From positions 32,001 to 96,000 of IMG/VR virus record IMGVR_UViG_3300007760_001422: a stretch of DNA of 64,000 bases; one strand, given 5' to 3'. Position 1 is the first letter of the stretch. Every line of letters begins with the position of its first letter. Below the pieces are notes generated by a model, which was not told the origin of the DNA, did no database searches, and worked only from the letters and a program-made list of their open reading frames with translations. Below are positions 28,701-39,600 of the stretch, piece by piece. The translations under genes were made by a program, and so were the position numbers. The stretch is from a virus.

Positions 28701-29636
28701 CCTCCCAAGCTCAACATCTTGTTTTGAATGCCCCGAATTGGTACCAGTCATCCATCGTCCATCTGCCATTTGGTGCACCATTCCATGATGTTGATTGCCA
28801 TCGGAATCGCGAAAAACTATAGTCTTAGAAGCCGTTTTATAATTTTCTATAATGGTTTGATGTGTGCAATTTGCATATTCTGCGTAAACATGGCCCGCAT
28901 CATTAAGGGGGGCGCCTAGTGCGTCTTCTGGGAGTTTTATATATGATACAATAAAATAAGTTAAATCTTTTGGATTACTATCGACATTATCGATATAATC
29001 GAAAAAATAATTTTTTACACGATTTCCACTTTTATCATAACTGTGTGTCACGCTTTTTGTTATATAACCTTTCCCTAGGAGATCTGAAAGGGTTAAATCA
29101 TGTTCTATGATATTCTGACCCAGCTGTTTCTCGTAGTGTTGTTGTAGACTTTGTTCGTGAGACGAGGGGCTGTGGCCGGGGACGTATTTGCCAAAAACCC
29201 AGTATAAAGGCGTAGTCATGGCGGGGCCGGGAAGGAGCGCTTTCATAACGGAATTATTTTTTGGAAGCGTGCTTCTTATAATTTTAACGTGTATATAATT
29301 TAATATATCAAGTTGTGAGCCCGGGCCGTAAGAAGTATCAAAAAGCCACAAATTATCCTCTTCTTCTTTAACGGACAATTTTAAGTGAACTTTTAGTGTG
29401 CCTTGGTTAGTCCAGCTTGATCCTTGGCCGCCTAGACCGGAGAGCCCCCATGTCTCTGGTGACATTGAAGCCCATGCCCTCTTTAGTGCCTCCTCTTGTT
29501 CATAACTAATGGCCTTTTCTCGTTGGATGTGAGGGTCTTTTCGAGCTGTGTTTGCCGCGTCCCAATTTGCAACGCTTTCTAGTCCCACTGTATTAATTTC
29601 TATGCATGGCATTAGTGAATCTTGTAGCATCGTCAT
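25737..29636 (-). CDS. Large hypothetical (probably virion) protein
   Basis: 1299-aa ORF overlapping both neighbours in the structural operon. Confidence 0.7.
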   Translation of the reverse strand: MTMLQDSLMPCIEINTVGLESVANWDAANTARKDPHIQREKAISYEQEEALKRAWASMSPETWGLSGLGGQGSSWTNQGTLKVHLKLSVKEEEDNLWLFDTSYGPGSQLDILNYIHVKIIRSTLPKNNSVMKALLPGPAMTTPLYWVFGKYVPGHSPSSHEQSLQQHYEKQLGQNIIEHDLTLSDLLGKGYITKSVTHSYDKSGNRVKNYFFDYIDNVDSNPKDLTYFIVSYIKLPEDALGAPLNDAGHVYAEYANCTHQTIIENYKTASKTIVFRDSDGNQHHGMVHQMADGRWMTGTNSGHSKQDVELGRVKYLTRSVENNINIQDFRLTKAVNNIAKDFASTFIKNEFVNKSKNLQFYADIKDISFKNSLTTELFMSRGRFGQCSGLFGIHFQRVLEENSAFPGLYKNPTIASELLSLASIKKLSIKRRRVKEINSINKLGGNITGHVSYNNENPLLIVQVEDEDLKFGHYVKDQFGSVKATKVGDVTGGGWTGLMERVELTGLGTVTYVTKEETKFVTDDQAEIDPETGEVKATEGNEITTTVTEKTLEPEESLRFYSFSDWDLGKTKDMKAGQGQFPKHTGQYQYKVEVELIDNTVVYIQSKIKKLESAVTSLEAYLHEASRQSFQQHVLDPSGKLQASSVMGNYDSTTGKFSNAFISRWEEPENRQIRNNALKDYVEIFDALSTKSMNFFKAYIPYFQILIHPRTGSPEGIKIVIDLISDLIRKVETTMGKSITRLTTYSRDEKTNSSKQNKAAKRNIKFEKWFSSVFDASVPRGVGYEYLNAHGPIEKASWGSGLRKMPRYTTKGYINRTMKEFEKYFQINKSGQLEQDSTISAAKIKQLKLQSIFEEDFLRKNLFSYLSPSSVSVRSFTESEIHNGTPGGKEDDGYVSFLEKGDQLFLDPKQREIIAKIVRFNSLRRSPQVPLLKIKINPHSSMNTQEQVLSSQLTPLFAEMSNITARPLRVTTKNMENMKSIFVDAETVMGSGSLFISGSFRKERFANEGKDRLEEEAMASTIPLYRHLLKNQIFGYEHENLAGIKKKEKIPRSPHNMTVHNFDINSTNHFLHHMSEKDIASLPLQLKSFLVNSVSPTAVVHDWFKAKLFEASPEGSLGTAALGNQPHVESLTDPMAGYDLAGAFYINYMKLMEVQVLQGFDKSSTGELLLNRPNWRTLKESEDWSDKEGAKTLICRLKPYYHSELRIRPSKKMELPTIDEYFIIEPSTSESAQAAVKKELESKSDAIIQAFEIDLKAQLGYLKAVEAAAAKNQQTGTEQTFEEAGGKSDKGTMGTGGYE

Positions 29637-30649
29637 TCTTCACAGTCCTCATATTCTTCAACAATTTCTTCAACAGTGAGTTCTTCACAGACTCTAACTA
29701 TATCAGTATTAACAGGATCAATAAATTCGTGCTCTGATGTGGGAATATGCTTCCATGAATTATATATATCACATGGCTCTATTTCATCATCAACCAAAAT
29801 ATTAAAATAGTATTCAGCAAAATTCGAATCAATATCGCCTATTTCTTCTTGGCCGGTTATTTGATTCATCTCTCGTTTAACAAATGGTAATAGTTTTAAA
29901 TGCTCAACCACCACAGTTTCCGTGCCTTGGGTTGTTTCTTCTTGCTCGACTTCATATATTTCTATTTCAAAATTTTCATTTGTAAATTCAGCATGTTCTT
30001 CTTTAACATAAATTAAAATATTCTCATGTTCAATATCAACGCCAGTCATGCCGCCGGCTGCACCATCTTCGTAGGTCGTGAAGCTATCATCTGCAGGCAT
30101 CTTTCCAGAGTCCCCATCGTCGTCGTCACCTTCATCCTCGTCATCCCAGTTCTTATCATAAACAATATTTGTCGTTGATTCTACGTGCAGTTGAGGTATC
30201 TTTAAAGTTTGTGTGGAGCCGGTCAAAAATTCTACAGAGCCTTCAACTATTTCACCGGTCAAAAACCTAAGATGCCATGCTGGAATATATTCACTTGATA
30301 ATTCGGAAGTACCTAGAGGGTTTGGTAGTGTATAATTCTTTTCGTTATCTGGTTGCGGAATGTAATTCGAATCCATCAAGCTTCGGCGTTTTTCTTCTAA
30401 ATAAGATTTAACATTTTCCTCAACACCCGTATATGCGCCTTGTGGCTTGTGGCGAGGGACCTCTTTGATCCTGTTAGTAATGTCGTTTTGATCTTCTTGG
30501 AGACCAGCATATTCTGAATCATAGACTACATCGTCATCAAAAAACGCATAATAAACCGGGCTAAGTTTTCCTTCAGCCAACAAAGATCTGCCGAAACGAG
30601 TTAACTTAAAATCTATTACCTCTTCTTTTCTATTAAAAAATTCTGACAT
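29633..30649 (-). CDS. Acidic virion structural protein
   Basis: N-terminal IDFKLTRFGRSLLAEG...YAFFDDDVVY aligns by eye with LDAVLTDSGRQRLSRG...FALADDEINY of 21950..22885. Confidence 0.72.
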   Translation of the reverse strand: MSEFFNRKEEVIDFKLTRFGRSLLAEGKLSPVYYAFFDDDVVYDSEYAGLQEDQNDITNRIKEVPRHKPQGAYTGVEENVKSYLEEKRRSLMDSNYIPQPDNEKNYTLPNPLGTSELSSEYIPAWHLRFLTGEIVEGSVEFLTGSTQTLKIPQLHVESTTNIVYDKNWDDEDEGDDDDGDSGKMPADDSFTTYEDGAAGGMTGVDIEHENILIYVKEEHAEFTNENFEIEIYEVEQEETTQGTETVVVEHLKLLPFVKREMNQITGQEEIGDIDSNFAEYYFNILVDDEIEPCDIYNSWKHIPTSEHEFIDPVNTDIVRVCEELTVEEIVEEYEDCEE

Positions 30650-30667
30650 TTAATTTCCCATCATCTA

Positions 30668-30675
30668 TAAGTATT
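30668..30675 (-). promoter_or_regulatory. Candidate late promoter motif AATACTTA
   Basis: Intergenic, 18 nt before the ATG at 30649. Confidence 0.45.
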
Positions 30676-30691
30676 TGCTAGCCATAAAAAT

Positions 30692-33600
30692 CTAAAAGCT
30701 TCCGGGGGGAAGTTTATCAAACTCACTCTTTTTCATTCCTTCTTGTTCAGCCTCTTTTTTGGTTTTCGACATCTCTTCATCTGATGCTGATATGCCATAC
30801 TGTGTCGCTTTTTTCGATTTGGCGGCCTTCATAAGCTTTTTCTCATCCGGGGTCATATGTTTATATTCTTTAGGAATATCGATGCCCTCGCCACTCTTTG
30901 TATACATATCAATATCTGCATCCATTTTTATTGACTCCACCAAAGAACAATAATCATATGGCCAGTTAAAGTTATAGTCTGGTTCGGTGGCCTTGGTTCC
31001 GTCGTTGGATCCATGCTTAAATTTAAATTTAAAACCTGTATCATCCGCGGAGTCAAGCGTTTTTTCATAGTAATTCCATTTTGCTTTTTGTTTTACTTTA
31101 AAGACCATCCACTGTATGTTTGATAAATGGCCACCGTTATTATAGCCCTGTTCCACCCATGGACCAAGCAGTTCGCTTTGATCTATTTTGTGTGTTATCG
31201 TTCTTTCTTCAATCTTTATCTGCTTGGCCTTCTCTGGTAATAGATTTTGCCACATGTCTGCCAAGTCTTGTCTGTCAAAAGTACGTGAAAATTCAAATAT
31301 ATACATCATGATTGGTTCTACGCCGCCGGTGCCGGCAGGGATATCATGAAAAGCCCCAGATTCCTTATAAAACAAGGCATTAAGCCACGAAGGTAGCACG
31401 TATCGTTGCATTTTTTCTACCATATTTATTATACTTTGGCCCGGAATCATATCATCTAGACCGGGGAACTGCATTGGGGCCTGATCCTTCTTGCCATTTG
31501 CCATCTCTACCGCAGCATCAAACAATGGACGAGGAATAGTTGCAAAGTATCTTTTTCCCTCATCCTCAAAGAAAGGAACAGCAATAACTGCTTCACTGAT
31601 TGTTTTAGAACTGCGTATTTTGCCCACTGCAGATGGCTTGGATTTTTGGAATCCGCAGCGATCAGCCAGTGAAAAGACTTTTTTGCCCCAGCCTAATGGT
31701 TTCGGAGCGTCGGGATTGGCGCCGGCAGAGGTCAATACATCTTCTTCTTCTGTGGGTATTCTGGAGCCGTTAACATATGGTGTATTTAATGGATCCATTA
31801 TTTGTACAAAGAAGCCATCTTTTTCTGGCATAGCACCATACTGGTGCCACATTCCTTTAGTGAACGAGCCCGTGCCATATGGCAGCGATACAGCATGATC
31901 ATCTGCGTGACCATTGCTGTGATCAATACTAGTGTCGGGCCATGTTACTGATGAAGTGGCTGCGTTCTTGAAATTTAACACCGGGCTTTCCCACTTGGTT
32001 TGAATGACCCATTTATCACCTTGGGTTGTGTCGTCTTTAACAGCGATTGGAAGGTTTGTTATGGGATCGTATTCAATCGATTTATTTTTAACAGCACCCA
32101 GCATGTTTAAACTAGCAGATATCTGCATTGCGTTTTGTCTGTTGTCGGTCAAGGTGTAATCTTTATAGGTTGAGTTAGTTTGGTTGTTTTCGGCAACAGC
32201 GAATAAAAATTGATTTATCCCAGCGTTCCATCCACTGCCGCTAAAGAAAAAGTCTTCTCTATGAGGTATTCCGCCGCCTGATTGGCCATCCCCTGTTTGG
32301 CCAAGTGGCGATCCAAAATTGGCCCAAGCATTTCTTGTATAATATATCCCACTTTGTTCTCCGGCCACAGATGGATTCGGAGGCGTTGAAATTGATGACA
32401 AAACTTCAGATAACGTATATTTTCTAGCCTTGCTATCGGTGGGGTAAAAAATAATTCTGGCGCGGGCCTTGCCATGATAATATGGTGGTGTATAACAGTC
32501 CCAACCGGGGCCGCGAGTGTAATGGAACGGAGTGCTGTCGTTGGCAAGAATACTATGGTTTACTGGTGGCCCAAACGCGGAAGCCCTATCATACATCTCA
32601 AATGTATTATAACCTTTTGCAGTATAGTTGGCATTGGCTATTTCCGAATCGAGAATGACAGTTGTAAAGGGGCTCGTCACGTTGAGATCGCTATTTCTGT
32701 AAAAAACAACGTCCATTACATAGGCCGGACAATCTATAGACGAAGAAGCATTGAAGAAAAAATGACTGGGGCTCTTGTCGTCTGCCGAAACAAAGCTAGT
32801 TAGTTGGCCACCCTTGATATAAAAGTCGACAGATTCTGCCAAAAAGTTGTGCATTGCAAGTCTATATAATTCATTTTCTGCTCCTGACTTGGCTATTTGT
32901 ACTTTGGAAGCCAATGACGCAGACGGGTGTGGTTCATCATCACATATCCACTGTCCGTTTAAATACTGTTCTGGTTCTACCAGCGCTTCGAATGGAAAGC
33001 GCGCATTGAAATTACCAGAAATCATAGGCACACCAGCACCAGCAAAGCCGGTGCTATTGTAACCGCCGTCGCGACGAATGTATTCATTTCCCGTGCCACT
33101 GCCAGTGAGCGACCACCGTTTTGAGACGTGTATCGACGACTGGTTGTCATCCCAACCCCAACTCTCATGGACTGGCCAGTCAACGGCAACACCCGATTTG
33201 ATTGAGTTAAACAATAGGCCCGGGCCAAAGAATGGTTTGGCCAATGTTCTATAGTGTCCCTCATCTCCAGTTTTAAGAAGTTTGCTCCCATACGACTGCG
33301 AGAAATATTCCGCCAGTTGCACCGTTCTTTGCGCAGGAAAGAAGCCATTATATGGCAACAATCTTGTTATCGCCTTACATTTTAATGTTATAGATTTTGC
33401 ATTTGTAATTTCTTTATGATCTTCAAAAACAACGTCAAAAAACTTTAAAAAGTCTGTATGGCTATAGGTCTCATAAAATCCATCTTCGCCGCTCGACGAT
33501 ATTGGTGCACCCTTTAAAGATAGCCAATTTTTGTTTTTTGCACGGAAATTTCCATCATTTTTAATAACAAAATGTTCCATATGTTCACTAATATTGAATT

Positions 33601-36600
33601 CTGGTAATACAGAAAAATCTTTACCCAGCCTTTTTATTGGATCAATGTACTCTTCATACGATGAATAGTTTGGTGTCAATCCGGATTCCACTGGTGCTGT
33701 CCATGGCTGACTTGATATTGGCATCCAAACATGCTTAAGCACCTCTGCTCCGCCGGCAACACCATTGCCATGGCGCTGTGTCTTGTGTACGTCATATGTA
33801 TTATATTCCCATGTTGGCCTAGCATAATTAATAAGGGCAGAGGTTAACGGCAAATATACAGTGCGGTTTCTGAACCCCGTGGTTTTGCCTAGGCGCTCAT
33901 CTTTTTCATTCATAAACCATTGGTCGGTGCTGTGAAAGTGAGTCCAGTGATTTTGCAATATGCCGGCGCCAGCAGACCATGAGTGTTCGGGCGTGCCGGC
34001 ATATTTCCACGATGTATGCGAGCCAGAAGTTCCAGCCCATGGCAAACTGGTGTCATAGTCCAATCTTCCGTCTAGTGCCCAAATGCTGCTAGTAAGTGCG
34101 TAGCCGGGATTTGAGCCCGTAACATCGCCAACATCCCCTACCTCAAACTCACCTAGTGTATGACGGTTGTGTCGACTATCCTTCCAAAAAGTGATTAGAT
34201 AATCCGCTCTAGTATTTGTGTTGACTTTATACGAATTTTGCTCTTTCGGAAAAATTGTCTCTTTGTAGGTTATTGACGAAAATTTCTTAACTGGGCTTTG
34301 TTCTTCTTGCACACCCGGATATCCATACAATTCATACAGTTCGTCATATTTTTGTTTTCTTGTCTTTACGAGATGGAACTTATCATCTAACGTTTCATCA
34401 ATAAAATATACTAGATTATTGCCATAACTATGATCGATGACAATAACACCAAGCGTATTATCCTGCCTCTCGCCAACCAAGCCATGAGTTATTGGTTTAA
34501 ATCTTGAAGTTACCGGACCCTCTTCATAATTGGTTATAACTTCGCTTGTTGTCTGGGTCTTTTTGCCAGTATTATCAAGACCATGTAGCTGTTTTGGCTC
34601 TGAATGCCAATCGTATGTTGGGCCGTGCTTCTTTGGTGTGCCTATAATAGATAATATATTATGTTTTTTATGATATCTCGCAATTGGATGTTCGGCGCCT
34701 CTAATTTGCTTCCAGCTTGGCCAGCCATGAGCGCCGCCGCGGTGATGAATTATACCATTGAGCACCCTAGTGAACCCGGCATAAGTCAAATCATGTGAAG
34801 TCCTATAAACAAGACCCCCTTGATAGACATAGTTTTCTCTAGTGGCGGTGTGATCTGTATTATAATCGTTAAAGGCGTCGGGTGGATATCCTAAAATATT
34901 TTCACTTGTTCCGGTGAGGCTTGAAGAAATGGGCTCATATATAAGCGAATTCATCCCAGCAAAATCTACAGCCATAAAGGGGAAAGCGTTTGCGACTAGT
35001 CTGTCGACCCCATAATATTGTAAGTTGTTGCCGGTGTCGTAAATTCCTATATCACTGGCGCTAACAAAATTAACCACATTGCTGGTGAGTCCAGTTACCG
35101 CTCTTTGGGGGCTGGGTACCAGCGTTGTTGCCGGATATGAACTAGAGATTGTAAAATCAGCCGGCCAGTATCCTAGCGCTTCTATGTGCTGCTGGCTGGC
35201 GTTTCCAGTTATAGATGAGGTGATCCATGCATAATTCATATCGCTTTGAGGAATCGGCCTCTGCACGTACCAGTTGTCGTAACTGGTGCCCGTAGCTAAA
35301 GCAATATGATCACCATCAAATGGATAAGTACCACTTACATGAATTGTTCTTCTCGGGTTTCTATAAATTTTATGATAGGATGCGGTAGTTTGGGCATTAT
35401 TATAAAACCCATATTTACCAGAGTGTAATCGTAGCATGCTTTGAAGGGGGCCGCGGACGGAAAGGTTTCTTTGGTTTAACTCGTTATAAACCGATTTTTC
35501 TTCACTCTCAACATCCAAAAATCCCCTAGACATCACTTCGGGGCCACCGGGGGCAGAAAATCTCTCAACAAAAATATATTTGTTGATGCTGCCACTAGTT
35601 CTTTCCGTGAGATCGTGGTCCATGACTCCAGATATAATCGTTTGATTGGGTACTGCAGAGTTGTTGACCGTAATCCCTTCAGCCTTAACAAAGAAGCGAT
35701 TATTCACTGATCGGCCGGAAGTTTGAACTATTTCATAATCACGCGTATAGTTTCCTAACGAAGCCGGAATATTGCGCTCAAAATCAACAGAGCCGGTGAT
35801 CGTTCGAATGTTTTTTATGTTAACTGGTCTTTTGGCGGTTTCATCTCTATAATACATTGCGCGAGGAGCAGCATCGTTTGCGGCGGTACCGCGTTCATCG
35901 GCATTAACGGCGCCGCCGAAGTGGGTGCTTGTTGAGCGAAGAATGTTTCCGCCCGGGCCGTGGAGATAAAATCCATATGGCGCGTTTCCACCGGTGCCGC
36001 CATGCATTATAAACTGAAAAAACCATGCTTCAGGTCTATTAACCATCTGGGATGTGCCATCATTGAGCGGTATGTGTCTATGTTGGTTCCCGCCAACCCA
36101 TTTTTCCGTAAAAGGGCCCTGCATTGGCACATCGTGTGATTCACCAACCATATCCGAGTGAGCGTTGGTGACTTCATAAAACTTATCAGTCAGACGAGTA
36201 CTATCTATACGCTGGCCATTAAAGGCATATCTTACCCATAAATTGTGGTTTGAAACTGCTCCGCCGTCATTCGAGCCCGTGGCGAAAGAAGAAGATATAA
36301 TATTAAATGGAATAAATGTATTTCCCTCTTCTCTGTTTGGAATTGGTTTTCCGGGCAGGGCAATGTTCATTTTCATGCCCACTTTTTTGTTTTTGTTTGT
36401 TCGGAGCGCATATTCATCGGTGCAAGACTCGGCGTCCTTCAGTCGACTTATGCCGGCTGCGTCAATACCGGAATATCTTTCATTCCACATCCGGAGGGCC
36501 CACTCGCTAGTGCCATCATATCCAGTATATTTGCCCGGTCTAAGTGTCTTCCACCAGTTTGGTTTTTTGTTGGGATCAAAATTGACGCCGCCATGAATTA

Positions 36601-39600
36601 ATCTAGATTTTTCTATTTTTAATTTATATGGTTTTGTAAATCTTCTAACAGCATAGGTCGAGCCTCTATATGTTGTGCCTGTTTCTGTTGCTAACAATGG
36701 CCCAGAACCAGAAACAGCAGTGGTTGTTATTACACTCTGAAGACCTTTTCTGTCGCTATCGACGCCAGTATCACCAGAACCAGTAGCAGACAACGGTATG
36801 GTGGTACCATCCTTTTCGGCCCTCTCTTTCCACCACAAACAATTTTCATATTCCTTCTCGCTAGGTGGAGCGTGGCCGTATTCCCAATCATATGTAAGCT
36901 CATTGATCCCCTTGATGTGACCAATGGGATCAGATTGTTTAGATTCTAGTGTTGGAAACTTGTGATGATATTTACTTCTCTCCAGAATGTGACTTTCGAT
37001 CATCGTTCTCAAGCCGTCAGAGAATTGCGCTGAAGCTGGCACCAGCTGCATCAACATATCACCTACCGCCGAATCAATCCATTTATAATAGCTTACAAAC
37101 TTATCCAAATCTGGTGTGTTTTCAATTCTTTCAAAGAAAAGCTGCCTTAATTTAGCCAAACTCTTATACTCTGGTCGATATTTATTGACCGGCTCGCCTA
37201 TAAGATTATTAAACTCTATTACCGAAGACATAAACTTGAGCATTTCTTCTGATATTGTTTGGTACATGCTTTTTTCAAAAGCGAATAAAAATTTATTTTC
37301 CTTCTGGTTGCGTTTAAATATTTTATCTTCGTCGCCCCGTGAACTCACCATATCGGAAGATAACAAAACTTCAGGCTTTTGTTGGCGGCCAGAATAAATA
37401 TATTCTCTTTGAATGGCATCAGTCGAATTAGCCGGGAAATGATCGGCGCGCGCAAGATGTTGCCTTTTGGCTATGTCCCCCAGCCAACCATAACGATCCA
37501 TTAATTCCGAAGAACCGGAGGAAACATCTGGGACTGAAAACTGTCCGGACGCGTCCGAAGTTGCAATTGTTTCAAAATCCCAATGCAGCGCCAATGTGTC
37601 CATTTGGGGGATTGAACCTGATATGTCTTTTTGAGACAAGAAGGCGCTTCTATATGGATTTAGTGTTCCATAGTTTAAAACGTCGCGCGCGTGCATTCGT
37701 AGTGTTCTATCAGAAAGATAATCAATCCAATATCTAACAGCGCCGACCTTAACATCTGTGTAATTTACGACCGAACTACTGAATTCGGTTCTTAAAGCTC
37801 CGGCATATACTTTTTTAGGTGTTGTTAATAATTCTAGAGCTTGTGAGCGAGCAATGCTTGAAGTGAGAAAAAACTCATTATAAATTGTATCACCGACACT
37901 GTTGATTCCGGAAAAGACTAAATCATAGTCGCTTTGCACATCATCACTACCAGAAACAACGTTGATATTTAAATCTTTTTGCGGCTTTAACCTCAAAGAT
38001 ATGTTCCAATTCGAGTTGTCGTAAACGTTTTTGTATACACTGCTCGTCATCAACGGCACCATCGTACCGGTTACTTTAAAATAAGCATCTTTGTCTGTAT
38101 ATTGAGAAGAACCCTGTATACCGGCAAAAGAAGGTCTTACGGCAAATATGTTAAAGCTGGGTGCCGTAGATAAGGAGGACGTTGATTGTATACCAAAAAG
38201 AGAAGCGTGAGTATGCGTAAACTCTTTATATAGTGGGTTATACCTTGGAGCTTTTTTGGGAAAGAAAAACTCCGCTTCTGCTGTCATCGGGAGTCCTATT
38301 TCTTTTTGTTCGCCCTGTGAGCCAGAAATGGCGCCGCTTAAATGATGATCGGTATCACTCTCATATTGATATATTGTACTACCATATCTATCCGGGTGGT
38401 TAAAATCAACATAATTCTTTCGAGTTGTGACCTGTCTATAAGTATCTTCAAATTCAAATGTATAATTGTCGGCATAAATATTTAATCTTATCAGCTCATC
38501 ATCTATTCCAAAACAACGAATTAAATTTCTAAAGGCTTTTTCTGTACCTTTGGATTTATAAATTGTTGTTAAATTGTTATATATGTTTTGGTATATAAGA
38601 TTTTTTACATTATAGATTTTGTCTTTATATATTTTATCGTCGCCGCGGCTCAAAAAATATTCAACTGCGTCAGCGTCAGCAAAGAGTTCCGATACCGAAA
38701 AACCCATCGAGGAAAGCAGCCTATCGGAAAATGGCATAGGCTTGTATATACTGCCTGTGGCTTCCGGGGCAAAGCTTCCAGTTATAAATTTATTGTCTTT
38801 GAGGTTTGGAAGAGACTCAATTTGCATCCACAGCGTGTCAAAGTAACTTGCCATCATTTGTGTCAAGTTCTTTAAATGAGTGGAGCCAGCACGGTTCTCT
38901 TCCTCTACTATCCATTCTGGAAACGTATTGTATAATGCGGCGTTGTTTTCATAGTCATGTTTCTTGCCTAATAAAATTTTTGTATTATACAAACTTAAAA
39001 CGTCCGGATGGGTAGAGTAAATTATTGGGTCTTTATATTCCATGGGCACTTTGCCCGCCTCTACCATGGCCGATCCGGTATATCTAGAGACGCTAGAATA
39101 ACCAATCCAATCACCATTGCTAATTCGGCCAGAATAGTCCAACACCTTCATATCAATGGAGGAGGTGGCAGTTATACCTTCATTAAATTTATAATAGACC
39201 CCCAAAGATGTATTGGCATCGTCTGTATTCGTTCCTCCACCAACTTGACCAAACCAATTGGTACCCACGTCGCGGGAATTTCTAGAGGTCTTCCAAAATC
39301 TAAACTCATCAATGGAAGCTGATAGTTTTCCCCATCCGAGGTTAGCAGAGAGAGTGCCTGATGGGGGCGCTGCAAGTGCGCCAATGGTTGAAATTAAGGC
39401 ACCACTTACTGGAGAGATGGGGTTTCCACCAGTATATGTATCGTTATAATCTCCATCAAGATATAAAACTGCTTTTGGGTGATTATTGAATTTTGATACT
39501 TCCCACAAAAGACCACTAGAACCAGTGCTGTGGCTAAAGTTTATCATGTGGCCGGAATTCGAGCCAATTTCGTCTAATATCTGATAATTTGGGCCGGCCC

